From: Fimbriimonadales bacterium
GTDB taxonomy: Bacteria; Armatimonadota; Fimbriimonadia; Fimbriimonadales; GBS-DC
Length of the DNA stretch: 64,000 nt
Direction: 5' to 3'
Assembly (NCBI GenBank): GCA_026003075.1
Contig: BPGO01000003.1
Location: forward strand, 51,066-115,065
Within the stretch, counting starts at the first letter, position 1. Each line of letters begins with the position of its first letter. The position numbers and the translations under genes are program-made. The notes beneath the pieces were generated by a model. That model was not told where the DNA came from. It worked only from the letters and a program-made list of their open reading frames with translations, and searched no databases. Positions 32,979 through 42,765 of the stretch are shown piece after piece.

Positions 32979-35075
32979 CTATGCTCGTGTGGGTTGAAGC
33001 GCGTTTTTGCGCTCAATAATGCTTTGCACCACCTGCGCGGGGGCTTCCTCATAGTGCGAGGGGTGCATCGTATAGGTCGCGCGTCCTTGCGTCAAGGAGC
33101 GCAAAGTGGTCGCGTAGCCGAACATTTCGGCAAGGGGTACAACGGCTTTGATAACCTGCGTACCGCCGACGCCCGGCTCAATCATTTCGATGCGTGCGCG
33201 ACGCGAGTTCAAGTCGCCAATCACATCGCCCACATAACTATCAGGCGTAGTGACCTCCAAATCCATATACGGCTCTAATATCACAGGCTTAGCGCGCTGC
33301 ACAGCATCCTTGAACGCGATGGAACCAGCGATTTTGAACGCCATCTCGCTGGAGTCGACCTCGTGGAATGAGCCGTCCACAAGACGCACTTTCACATCCA
33401 CAACGGGATAGCCCGCCAGCACGCCCGAGTCGGCGGCTTCGCGGATACCCGACTCCACTGCTGGAATGAACTCGCGCGGAATCGCGCCGCCAACGATTTT
33501 ATTCTCAAAAATGATGCCTGAATTCGGCTCCGCAGGCTCGATTTCAATCACGCAGTGCCCATACTGCCCGCGACCACCCGTCTGGCGCACAAACTTGCCC
33601 TCCGCTCTGGCAGGGGTGCGAATGGTCTCTTTGTAAGCAACCTGCGGGCGTCCCTGATTCGCCTCTACCTTGAATTCGCGATAGAGACGATCCAAAATAA
33701 TCTCCAAATGCAGCTCGCCCATGCCCGAAATAATAGTCTGCCCTGTCTCTTGATCAGTGGAAATACGAAAAGTGGGGTCTTCCGCGGCTAGTCGCTGGAG
33801 GGCATTCGCGAGCTTGTCTTGGTCGGCTTTCGTTTTCGGCTCGATCGCCAGCGAAATCACAGGTTCGGGGAACTGCGGCGGCTCCAACAAGATGGGATGG
33901 TTCGGATCGCACAAAGTATCGCCGGTGGTGGTCTGCTGGAACCCGATGATGCCCACGATGTCGCCTGTGAACGCCTCTTCGATATCCTCGCGACGATTGG
34001 CGTGCATCTGCAAAATGCGACCGACTCGTTCGCGGGTATCTTTGGTAGCGTTAAAAATATACGAACCCTTTGTAATCTTGCCCGAATAGATTCGTACATA
34101 AGTCAGCTTGCCCACAAAGGGGTCGTTTTGAATCTTGAACGCGAGCGCGCACACAGGCTCCTCATCAGAAGGCAGTCGCTCCATCTCCTCGTGGGTGTCG
34201 GGGTGGATGCCTTTCACCGCACCAATATCGACGGGCGAGGGTAGGTAGTCTACGACGGCGTCCAATAAAAGCTGCACCCCCTTGTTCTTGTAGGCAGAGC
34301 CACACAGCACCGGCACGAGTTTGAACTGCAGGGTGCCCTTGCGGATGGCGCGTTTGATCTCGTCTGCGCTGATTTCGCCGCCTTCTAAGTAGCGCTCCAT
34401 CAATTCGTCATCCATCTCGACGGCGGCTTCAATCATCTTCTCGCGCCACTCCTCCGCCTGCTTCTGCAGTGAATCGGGGATGGGGCGATACTCGTACTGG
34501 TTGCCCTTTTCGTCAATCCAGTAGACCGCCTGCATCGAGACAAGGTCAATCACCCCTTCAAAATTCTCTTCCTGACCGATAGGGATTTGCACCGGCACCG
34601 CGTTGGTGTTCAGCCGCTCACGAATGCGCTCTACCACACGGAAGAAGTCCGCCCCGACGCGATCCATCTTATTCACGAACGCAATACGGGGAACCTTGTA
34701 GCGATTCGCTTGACGCCAAACCGTCTCGGACTGGGGTTGCACGCCGCCCACAGCGCAGAAAATCGCGACAGCGCCGTCCAGTACACGCATCGAGCGCTCG
34801 ACTTCCACCGTGAAGTCCACATGTCCCGGTGTATCGATAATGTTAATACGATGACCGTTCCAAAAGCAGGTGGTAGCCGCCGAGGTGATGGTGATACCGC
34901 GTTCCTGCTCTTGCTCCATCCAGTCCATCGTGGCGGTGCCTTCGTGTACCTCACCAACGCGATGGATGCGCCCAGTATAGTACAAAATACGCTCGGTTGT
35001 GGTCGTCTTCCCAGCGTCGATGTGTGCTGCAATACCAATGTTACGTGTTTTCTCTAACGGGTGCTGTCGCGCCAT
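32979..35075 (-). CDS. fusA: elongation factor G
   Basis: [31 protein letters not shown]. Confidence 0.99.
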   Translation of the reverse strand: MARQHPLEKTRNIGIAAHIDAGKTTTTERILYYTGRIHRVGEVHEGTATMDWMEQEQERGITITSAATTCFWNGHRINIIDTPGHVDFTVEVERSMRVLDGAVAIFCAVGGVQPQSETVWRQANRYKVPRIAFVNKMDRVGADFFRVVERIRERLNTNAVPVQIPIGQEENFEGVIDLVSMQAVYWIDEKGNQYEYRPIPDSLQKQAEEWREKMIEAAVEMDDELMERYLEGGEISADEIKRAIRKGTLQFKLVPVLCGSAYKNKGVQLLLDAVVDYLPSPVDIGAVKGIHPDTHEEMERLPSDEEPVCALAFKIQNDPFVGKLTYVRIYSGKITKGSYIFNATKDTRERVGRILQMHANRREDIEEAFTGDIVGIIGFQQTTTGDTLCDPNHPILLEPPQFPEPVISLAIEPKTKADQDKLANALQRLAAEDPTFRISTDQETGQTIISGMGELHLEIILDRLYREFKVEANQGRPQVAYKETIRTPARAEGKFVRQTGGRGQYGHCVIEIEPAEPNSGIIFENKIVGGAIPREFIPAVESGIREAADSGVLAGYPVVDVKVRLVDGSFHEVDSSEMAFKIAGSIAFKDAVQRAKPVILEPYMDLEVTTPDSYVGDVIGDLNSRRARIEMIEPGVGGTQVIKAVVPLAEMFGYATTLRSLTQGRATYTMHPSHYEEAPAQVVQSIIERKNALQPTRA

Positions 35076-35092
35076 AGTGATTTACCTCCTTC

Positions 35093-35566
35093 TTACCAAC
35101 GATAGTGGGCGAACGCGCGGTTCGCTTCCGCCATACGGTGGGTATCTTCGCGTTTCTTGTAGGCGTTACCTGTCTTATTATAAGCGTCAATTATCTCTTG
35201 TGCCAAGCGCTCGTGAGCCGGTCGTCCCGATTTCTTGCGTTGCAGTGAGGTCACAATCCAGCGGATAGCGAGCGAGCGACGGCGTTCCGCACGCACTTCC
35301 ATCGGCACCTGATAGGTCTGTCCACCCACACGCCGCGGGCGCACTTCCACCTGCGGAGCAACATTCTCGATGGCTTGCTCAAACACCTCCATCGCCGGTT
35401 TACCCGTTTTCTGCTCCACAATCGCCATCGCCTGATAAAACACCTTTTCGGCGACGGCTTTTTTACCGCCCTTCATCATCCGATTGATGAATCGGGCAAC
35501 CAACTCACTATCATACACGGGGTCGGGCAACACCACACGCTTCGGAACAGGACCTTTTCTTGGCAT
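35093..35566 (-). CDS. rpsG: 30S ribosomal protein S7
   Basis: [26 protein letters not shown]. Confidence 0.98.
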   Translation of the reverse strand: MPRKGPVPKRVVLPDPVYDSELVARFINRMMKGGKKAVAEKVFYQAMAIVEQKTGKPAMEVFEQAIENVAPQVEVRPRRVGGQTYQVPMEVRAERRRSLAIRWIVTSLQRKKSGRPAHERLAQEIIDAYNKTGNAYKKREDTHRMAEANRAFAHYRW

Positions 35567-35584
35567 AATCGTCTCTCCTCCAGA

Positions 35585-35992
35585 TTACTTCTTCCCTTTG
35601 GGGCGCTTCGAGCCGTACTTAGAGCGTCCCTGCATGCGTCGGTCTTGGTTGCGCGTGGTGGGTTGAATCTCGACGCCTTGACAGTCCAGCGTGCCGCGAA
35701 TAATGTGGTAGCGCACGCCAGGCAGGTCTTTCACGCGCCCGCCGCGCACCAGCACGACCGAGTGCTCTTGCAGGTTGTGCCCGATACCAGGAATGTACGC
35801 CGTGATTTCGATACCGTTGGTCAAGCGCACACGCGCAACCTTCCGAAGCGCGGAATTCGGCTTCTTCGGCGTCATCGTGCGTACAATCGTGCAGACGCCC
35901 CGCCGCTGCGGACACCCCTGCAGCGCAGGCGACTTTGTCTTCCGTACCTTCGGCTTACGCCCCTTACGTACCAGCTGATTAATCGTTGGCAT
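35585..35992 (-). CDS. rpsL: 30S ribosomal protein S12
   Basis: [32 protein letters not shown]; SD GGAGG before ATG 35992. Confidence 0.98.
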   Translation of the reverse strand: MPTINQLVRKGRKPKVRKTKSPALQGCPQRRGVCTIVRTMTPKKPNSALRKVARVRLTNGIEITAYIPGIGHNLQEHSVVLVRGGRVKDLPGVRYHIIRGTLDCQGVEIQPTTRNQDRRMQGRSKYGSKRPKGKK

Positions 35993-36220
35993 AAACACGC
36001 CTCCATTCGCTGGGAGCGTAAAAGAAAGCCTCTCGCACGCGGGGGTGGAGAGGCTCCGTGCGCCTTTGAAGGCGCGTTTCAGTTCGACTCGCAACGCCGC
36101 TTGCGGCGTCGTTTTCCGTACCTCTTCCCGCGTGCAAAACCACGCTCTCTTCGGGTGTGGTTCATAGCTTCTAATGAACCTCCAGCGTGCGCCACGAATG
36201 GCTACGCCCCAGCGGGGAAT

Positions 36221-36250
36221 ATTATAGCCGATTGTATTCAAAAAAGTCAA
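36221..36250 (-). promoter_or_regulatory. sigma-70 promoter of the str operon
   Basis: TTGACT-N18-TATAAT, about 220 nt upstream of rpsL. Confidence 0.8.
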
Positions 36251-36258
36251 GGGGGGTG

Positions 36259-36833
36259 GAGGGTGTTCGAAAAATCACCCAGACCCCCATCACCCACACA
36301 CAACAGACAACAAAACCATCCAAACCATCCCCACCCCACACCTGTACCAAACCCACCATGTTCCACAGCACAAACATCCCCCACACCCACACACGAGCAC
36401 CTACCCACGAACGCGCACGACACACGCTCCCATACGCACCCTTCACACTACCAAACACTTGCTCTATCCGATAACGCGCCCTCAAAGCCCAATCCTACAC
36501 CGCAGCACGCAGCAGTGGGTGCAGGCGTTCGTCGGTGAGGTGATGGAAGCGGTAGACGAGCGTGCCTAAGGCAGGCAGGGGATGGTCAGGGAGGAGTTCA
36601 CGGGCAAGGGCAAAGCGCAGGCGTCGGGAGGAGGCGTGTTCGCGGGCGCCGAGCAAGAGCAGGGTGAGGATGAGGGCTTCGGGGTACTTGGGGGGTCTTC
36701 CGCGTTTGGGTGGGCGGGGGTGGCAGAAGCATTGGACGAGGGTGTAGGTTGTGTTGACGGACAGGGTGGTGAGCGTCGCGACGCCTCATAGGGTGTTTGA
36801 TACCCGATGCCCACCGATTTCTCGAACACCCTC
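36259..36833 (-). mobile_element. internally deleted IS5-like element (non-autonomous)
   Basis: 18-bp terminal inverted repeats GAGGGTGTTCGA(A/G)AAATC (17/18); transposase N-terminal fragment KRGRPPKYPEALILTLLLL and C-terminal fragment [12 protein letters not shown]; no clear TSD. Confidence 0.8.
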
Positions 36834-36840
36834 TCCCAAA

Positions 36841-36872
36841 CTTGACAACATTCCACTCAAGTCAGGTATAAT
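36841..36872 (+). promoter_or_regulatory. dnaK promoter with HAIR (HspR) operator
   Basis: CTTGACA-N7-ACTCAAG (36841-36861) vs HAIR consensus CTTGAGT-N7-ACTCAAG, overlapping TTGACA; TATAAT at 36867-36872. Confidence 0.8.
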
Positions 36873-36976
36873 GGATTGGCTCAAAAAATGGGAACTTATT
36901 CCATCCACAGGGAGTATCTCCCTATGGATGGAAACGGAGTGCAACTACCAAAACCTAAATACGGAGGACACTCGCT

Positions 36977-38881
36977 ATGGGCAAGGTTGTAGGGATTGAC
37001 TTAGGAACAACGAACTCGGTAATCGCTGTGTTGGAGGGCGGCGAGCCTGTCGTGATTCCGACGGCAGAGGGCGGACGCCTATGCCCCTCGGTCGTGGGCT
37101 TTACGAAGACAGGTGAGCGGTTGGTGGGCGCGCCCGCGAAGCGTCAGGCAGTGGTGAATCCTGAAAACACGATCTTCTCTATCAAACGCTTCATCGGGCG
37201 ACGCTATGACGAGGTGGAGGAAGAACGCAAGCGCGTGCCGTACAAGGTGGTCGCCGACAACAAAGGCGACGCCGCGGTGTATATCCCCGCACTGGACAAG
37301 ACACTGCGCCCTGAAGAGATTTCGGCTATGGTGCTGCAGAAACTGAAAGCCGACGCCGAAGCCTATCTGGGCGAGAAGGTCGAGGCAGCCGTGATTACTG
37401 TACCCGCCTACTTCAACGATGCACAGCGTACCGCCACCAAAAACGCAGGCGAAATCGCAGGGCTGAAGGTGCTGCGCATCATCAATGAACCGACCGCAGC
37501 AGCGCTCGCTTACGGACTCGACAAGAAAACTAACGAGACCATCCTCGTGTTCGACTTGGGCGGCGGTACTTTCGATGTGTCGATTCTGGAAGTGGGCGAC
37601 GGGGTGTTCGAGGTGAAAGCCACCTCGGGCGATACGCACCTCGGCGGCGATGACTTCGACCAGCGCATCGTCGACTACCTCGCCGATGAGTTCAAGAAAG
37701 AAAATGGGATCGACCTGCGCCAAGATCGCCAAGCACTGCAACGCCTCAAGGAAGCCGCCGAACGCGCCAAAATCGAACTCTCGAGCGTAACCACCACCAC
37801 GATTAACCTGCCCTTCATCACCGCGGATGCGAGCGGTCCCAAACACCTCGATATGACGCTCACCCGCGCGAAGTTCGAAGACCTGTGTGCTGACCTGTTC
37901 GAGCGGCTCAAAGGTCCCATCTATCGAGCGCTGGAAGATGCAGGCTTGAAAGCAAGCGACATCGACGAGGTGGTGCTGGTGGGCGGCTCCACGCGCATCC
38001 CGAAAGTGCAAGAGATGGTGCGACAAATCACCGGCAAAGAGCCCCACAAGGGCGTGAACCCCGACGAGGTAGTGGCTATCGGCGCGGCAATACAGGCGGG
38101 CGTGCTGGCAGGTGAGGTCAAAGACATCGTGCTGCTCGATGTCACCCCGCTCTCGCTCGGAATCGAAACCAAGGGCGGTATCTTCACGGTACTCATCCCA
38201 CGCAACACCACAATTCCGACGCGCAAGAGCGAAATCTTCACCACCGCCGCCGACGGGCAGACCAGCGTGGAAGTGCGCGTCTACCAAGGCGAGCGCCCGA
38301 TGGCACGCGACAACAAACTGCTGGGCGTGTTCCACTTGGACGGTATCCCGCCCGCACCGGCTGGCGTACCCCAGATTGAAGTGACCTTCGACATCGACGC
38401 GAACGGCATCCTGCAAGTCTCGGCAAAAGACCTCGGTACAGGGCGACAGCAGAGCATCCGCATCACCGGTTCCACGAACCTCACCCGCGAGGAAGTGGAG
38501 CGGATGGTGCGCGAAGCGGAAGCCAACGCCGAGCGCGACCGTCAACTGCGTGAACAAGCGGAACAGCTCAACCGCGCCGAACGGCTCGCTATCGAGACCG
38601 AACGGCTGCTCAAAGAGCAAGGCGATCAAATCAACACAAGCGACCGCGAACGCGCCGAAACCCTGATCCGCGACATCCGCGAGGCAATCCAGCAACAGAA
38701 CGCGGAGCGCGCCATCAGCCTGATGAGCGAACTGGAGAGCCTAACCTACCGCATCACGGAGCAGCTCTACCAGCAGCGCACAGCAGGCTACCAGAGCGAT
38801 ACCAACACTACCGCCGGCGCGACCACCAGTACCACCAGCGGCGACGATGTGATCGACGCCGAATATCGCGAGGAAAAGTAG
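36977..38881 (+). CDS. dnaK: chaperone DnaK
   Basis: [34 protein letters not shown] tail. Confidence 0.99.
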   Translation: MGKVVGIDLGTTNSVIAVLEGGEPVVIPTAEGGRLCPSVVGFTKTGERLVGAPAKRQAVVNPENTIFSIKRFIGRRYDEVEEERKRVPYKVVADNKGDAAVYIPALDKTLRPEEISAMVLQKLKADAEAYLGEKVEAAVITVPAYFNDAQRTATKNAGEIAGLKVLRIINEPTAAALAYGLDKKTNETILVFDLGGGTFDVSILEVGDGVFEVKATSGDTHLGGDDFDQRIVDYLADEFKKENGIDLRQDRQALQRLKEAAERAKIELSSVTTTTINLPFITADASGPKHLDMTLTRAKFEDLCADLFERLKGPIYRALEDAGLKASDIDEVVLVGGSTRIPKVQEMVRQITGKEPHKGVNPDEVVAIGAAIQAGVLAGEVKDIVLLDVTPLSLGIETKGGIFTVLIPRNTTIPTRKSEIFTTAADGQTSVEVRVYQGERPMARDNKLLGVFHLDGIPPAPAGVPQIEVTFDIDANGILQVSAKDLGTGRQQSIRITGSTNLTREEVERMVREAEANAERDRQLREQAEQLNRAERLAIETERLLKEQGDQINTSDRERAETLIRDIREAIQQQNAERAISLMSELESLTYRITEQLYQQRTAGYQSDTNTTAGATTSTTSGDDVIDAEYREEK

Positions 38882-38952
38882 TTGGGCGAGGCACCCGTGA
38901 ACAGGTACGACGGCGCCCACGCCGTCGTACCGATAATAGGGAGTGATACACG

Positions 38953-40035
38953 ATGCGCGACTACAAGGACTACTACCAGATCCTGGGAGTGCCCCGGGAC
39001 GCCGACGAGAAGGAAATCAAGGCGGCGTACCGCAAACTCGCGCGCAAGTATCACCCCGATGTGAACCCCGGCGACAAGACCGCCGAAGAGAAGTTCAAAG
39101 AGATCAACGAAGCCTACCAAGTGCTCTCCGACCCCGAAAAACGCGCCGCTTACGACCGCTACGGCGAGCAGTGGCAAGCGTACCAGCGCATGCGCGAACA
39201 GTACGGCGAAGACTTCCGCACGGACGGGTTCGAATCCCCGTTTGGCTTCGGCAGTTTCCAGGAGTTTATCGAGAACCTGCTGCGCGGCGAAGGCTTCGGC
39301 GACGGATTGCGCGTGCAGCGCGCCCCACGCGATATCGAACAGACGCTCGAAATCAGCCTGCAAGACGCCCTCCACGGCGCCACGCGCACCATCCAACTGA
39401 GCTTAGAAGAGCCGTGTGAGGCCTGTGGAAGCACAGGGATCGCTCCGAACCGACGACAGACCTGCCACGCCTGCGGCGGCACAGGGCGTCGTCGGTTCGG
39501 CATGTTCGGAATCGAGATGCACTGCAGCGAATGCGACGGCACGGGCATCGTCGGCGCACCATGCCCCACCTGCCGAGGACGCGGCGCCGTCATGCGCACA
39601 CGCACCCTCACCGTGAACATTCCCGCAGGTGTGGCAGAGGGACAGCGACTGCGCCTCGCAGGCGAGGGTGCAACAGGCGCCAACGGCAAACGCGGCGACC
39701 TCTACCTGCGCATCAAGTTCAAACCCGACCCACGCTTCGAACGCAAAGACAACGATCTCTATACCGAGGTGGACATCGACTACCTCACGGCAATCCTCGG
39801 TGGTGAGGTGGAAGTACCAACCCCCCACGGAACCGTCAAAATGAAAGTGCCCCCCGGTACGCAAAGCGGAACCCGTTTCAGACTGGCAGGCAAGGGGCTG
39901 CCCCTGGGCAAGGGCAGAACCGGCGACCTGTACGCCCGCGCCCGAATCACCGTGCCCAAACAGCTCTCCCCACGCGAACGCGAACTCCTCGAAGAATTAA
40001 GACGGCTACGCGCCCCACAGGAGGTGAAACGGTGA
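38953..40035 (+). CDS. dnaJ: chaperone DnaJ
   Basis: J-domain HPD; four CxxCxGxG repeats. Confidence 0.95.
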   Translation: MRDYKDYYQILGVPRDADEKEIKAAYRKLARKYHPDVNPGDKTAEEKFKEINEAYQVLSDPEKRAAYDRYGEQWQAYQRMREQYGEDFRTDGFESPFGFGSFQEFIENLLRGEGFGDGLRVQRAPRDIEQTLEISLQDALHGATRTIQLSLEEPCEACGSTGIAPNRRQTCHACGGTGRRRFGMFGIEMHCSECDGTGIVGAPCPTCRGRGAVMRTRTLTVNIPAGVAEGQRLRLAGEGATGANGKRGDLYLRIKFKPDPRFERKDNDLYTEVDIDYLTAILGGEVEVPTPHGTVKMKVPPGTQSGTRFRLAGKGLPLGKGRTGDLYARARITVPKQLSPRERELLEELRRLRAPQEVKR

Positions 40036-40427
40036 AGGACAAAAAGTACCCCTCTGATGAGCCCGTCTACCTGATTAGCGTCGCGGCGCGGATGTGCGGA
40101 CTCCATCCGCAAACGATTCGCCTCTACGAGCGACTGGGCTTAATCCAGCCCCATCGCGTGGGCAACAGCAAACGACTCTACTCGGAAGCCGATATCGCCC
40201 GACTGCGCCGTATCCAACGCCTCACCCAGCAGCTCGGGGTGAACCTCGCAGGCGTAGACATCATCCTGCGCCTGCTGGAGCGCATCGAACAAATGAACAA
40301 GGAAATGGCGGAAGTGGTGGCACAGACCAACATGCGCATCCTGCAACTGATTCACGAACACAATCTACCCGTCGACCCCCAATCGCTGCTGATTCGCTTC
40401 GAGCGCTACGATGATGACCTCGACTGA
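40032..40427 (+). CDS. hspR: heat-shock repressor HspR (MerR family)
   Basis: PVYLISVAA...[21 protein letters not shown]; follows dnaJ; HAIR upstream of the operon. Confidence 0.9.
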   Translation: MKDKKYPSDEPVYLISVAARMCGLHPQTIRLYERLGLIQPHRVGNSKRLYSEADIARLRRIQRLTQQLGVNLAGVDIILRLLERIEQMNKEMAEVVAQTNMRILQLIHEHNLPVDPQSLLIRFERYDDDLD

Positions 40428-40875
40428 GTACCGCTCCGACAGTCCCGCCGCCACCGAAGCCTTCGCAGCCCAGTGGGCGCACAGCCTGCAACCCGACACC
40501 GTGATCCTACTCCAAGGCGACCTCGGAGCAGGCAAAACCACCTTCATTCGTGGACTCGCCCACGGACTGGGCATCACCGAGCCGATTCGTAGTCCCACCT
40601 TTACCCTCATCCACGAATACACCATCCAGCAGCCCCCCCACCTGAAGGGGCTACCGTTCTTTCACTTAGACCTGTACCGAATCGAAGCCCCCAACCAACT
40701 GCACACGCTGGGAGTGGAAGAGATTTTAGAACGCGGCGGAATCGTAGCCATCGAATGGGCGGAACGACTGGAACTGTATGGCATGGAGATCCCAGCAACA
40801 CAGGTCTACGAGGTCACTCTCGAGGCAATCGATGAGTCGATGAGACGAATCCACATCACCCACTTAGGCGGATAA
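40411..40875 (+). CDS. tsaE: tRNA threonylcarbamoyladenosine biosynthesis ATPase TsaE
   Basis: GDLGAGKTT, SPTFTL, HLDLYR, IEW. Confidence 0.95.
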   Translation: MMTSTEYRSDSPAATEAFAAQWAHSLQPDTVILLQGDLGAGKTTFIRGLAHGLGITEPIRSPTFTLIHEYTIQQPPHLKGLPFFHLDLYRIEAPNQLHTLGVEEILERGGIVAIEWAERLELYGMEIPATQVYEVTLEAIDESMRRIHITHLGG

Positions 40876-40948
40876 GCGTAAGGCAAGTATCCACATCCAC
40901 CCCATGAGATAACCTCTTATCGCACACCCAAACACAAGATTCAAACCC

Positions 40949-41015
40949 GAATTTCAGAAATTCTCATTTTTAGAGGGGTCGGGACTTGACTTTTTTGAAA
41001 ACCATCGGGTATCAT
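40949..41015 (+). promoter_or_regulatory. palindrome plus sigma-70 promoter of the DUF2089 operon
   Basis: GAATTTC-A-GAAATTC (40949-40963); TTGACT-N18-TATCAT (40986-41015). Confidence 0.65.
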
Positions 41016-41025
41016 GCAACGCATT

Positions 41026-41418
41026 ATGAAAAAGCCATATGCCCAACCGACGCGCTGTCCAATCTGCGGCGGCAAGTTAATCATCACGCAGGTGACCTGC
41101 GAAGACTGCGCAACGAGCATGCAGGGTCAGTTTCTGCCGAACCGTTTCAGCCAGCTCGAGTCTGAGCAGTTGCAGTTTTTGGAGGTGTTTTTGCGAAATC
41201 GGGGCATGTTGGCGGGCGTGGAGCGCGAGTTGGGGATTAGCTACCCGACGGCCCGCAACAAGCTAGACGCGCTCCTGTTAGCGCTGGGGCTGACCCCTGC
41301 AACGACGCAGGATTTAAATGGACATGTCGCACAGCAACGACGCGAGATTTTAGACCTGCTCGAACAGGGACAGATTACCGCCGAAGAAGCGGCACGAAAA
41401 CTACGCAACTTGCGATGA
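41026..41418 (+). CDS. DUF2089-family protein (Zn ribbon, HTH, SHOCT-like)
   Basis: CPICG...CEDC, LGISYPTARNKLD, ILDLLEQGQITAEEA. Confidence 0.85.
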   Translation: MKKPYAQPTRCPICGGKLIITQVTCEDCATSMQGQFLPNRFSQLESEQLQFLEVFLRNRGMLAGVERELGISYPTARNKLDALLLALGLTPATTQDLNGHVAQQRREILDLLEQGQITAEEAARKLRNLR

Positions 41419-41431
41419 AGGAGGTTTACCG

Positions 41432-42667
41432 ATGAACAACCGACAAGAGACACTGCTGAGGATCTTGCACCTGATGCAACAGGGTACGGTGTCGCCCGAA
41501 GAGGCGGCAGACCTGATCGACGCGCTTTATGAGGTCGAACCCACGCCTGACCCAAGCGCGAACTCAACCGACGAGGCAACCACCCAAAACGGCACGCCGC
41601 CCACGCGCGGACTATTCGACCAGATCCTACGCGCGGCTGAGGAAGCCGTCAAAGCCACAGGACAAGCCGTACGCAGTGTGAACTGGCAACAAATCGGACA
41701 GAGTGTCCGTGCACAAACCCAACGCAGCATCGAGGAACTGCGTAAAACTTTAGAGGAGCTGGAAAAAGGCGACTGGTCCTTGGGACGGTGGGGCAAGCAT
41801 GAAACCGACTTGCACCAGACGATGGATCTCGCGATTGTTGGGGGACAATCGCTGTCCATCGAACTCCCCGCAGGCGACATCCATATCGTAGGCGGTTTCG
41901 ACGGGGGACGGGTCGAAGCCGACATCCGCCTGCGGGGAGCCGACCCCGACCGATTGGAACAAGCAAAAGCAAACTACAGACTCACCGTGGAACAGACCGA
42001 AAACGGCGTGTACATCACCGCCCCCCGACTGGAAGACGACCTGCGCCAGAAGGTCAACCTCAAATTGCAAATCCCGCGCTCGGTGAGCCTCCATGTGCGT
42101 CTGGAGCGTAAGGGCGATATCGAAATCGAGAAGATCGATGGCGCAGTCGACCTCAGTACCAAGCACGGAGACATTATTTTGCGCCATATCCGAGGCAGCG
42201 CAAAACTGGAGACCGTTAACGGCGATATCCTCATCCAAGATCTCCAAGGCGAGCGCGTCGCCATCACGGCGGTGAACGGCGATACCACCCTGAATGACCT
42301 CAAGGTGGAACGCCTCACCGTTCAGGCAACCAACGGCGACACGGAAACGGAACGCCTCGTCGCCCGTAATTGTACGGTGGAGACCGTGCGCGGCGATATC
42401 ACGCTTGACCTCATGGAGCCGATTGAAGGGGAAGTGCGACTGACCACCGTGTCGGGCGATATCCTCGTACAAGTTCCAGACGGCAACGACTGCCGCGTGC
42501 AGATGCAAACCAGCGCAGGCACTATCGAATGCGCGCTGGAATGCAAACAGGTCGAATCGAGCCGTCATCACTACACAGGAGTGGCTGGCAACGGAACAGG
42601 AACCCTCGCGCTGGAGACCGTTCATGGGGACTTGCGCATCGCGTTGCGTGCGCACGAGACGGCTTGA
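41432..42667 (+). CDS. DUF4097 beta-strand-repeat protein with N-terminal SHOCT-like domain
   Basis: RILHLMQQGTVSPEEAADLI; repeated TxNGD/SGDI units. Confidence 0.82.
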   Translation: MNNRQETLLRILHLMQQGTVSPEEAADLIDALYEVEPTPDPSANSTDEATTQNGTPPTRGLFDQILRAAEEAVKATGQAVRSVNWQQIGQSVRAQTQRSIEELRKTLEELEKGDWSLGRWGKHETDLHQTMDLAIVGGQSLSIELPAGDIHIVGGFDGGRVEADIRLRGADPDRLEQAKANYRLTVEQTENGVYITAPRLEDDLRQKVNLKLQIPRSVSLHVRLERKGDIEIEKIDGAVDLSTKHGDIILRHIRGSAKLETVNGDILIQDLQGERVAITAVNGDTTLNDLKVERLTVQATNGDTETERLVARNCTVETVRGDITLDLMEPIEGEVRLTTVSGDILVQVPDGNDCRVQMQTSAGTIECALECKQVESSRHHYTGVAGNGTGTLALETVHGDLRIALRAHETA

Positions 42668-42695
42668 GCCAGCAACTCAAGGTGAGACCATAATA

Positions 42696-42723
42696 GCCCC
42701 CGCGAATGCGGGGGCGTTTTTTT
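42696..42723 (+). terminator. rho-independent terminator
   Basis: gcccccgc-gaat-gcgggggc followed by T7. Confidence 0.9.
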
Positions 42724-42765
42724 CAGGACGATAGCCGTTGGGGGCTTGTGGTATCATAAACTGCG

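Noticed and set aside
35993-36250. 86-aa N-terminal extension of S12 in the ORF track
   Set aside because: It spans the promoter itself; the true start is MPTINQL with an SD at 35992.
37079-38695. 538-aa antisense ORF to dnaK and similar long shadow ORFs (1848-3344, 9680-10930, 20274-21311, 45867-47051)
   Set aside because: Antisense or alternate-frame ORFs expected from high-GC codon bias; no motifs or translation signals.
42663-42681. Second HAIR site (CTTGAGC...ACTCAAG)
   Set aside because: Spacer is 5 nt rather than 7, and it lies at a gene end upstream of a terminator.
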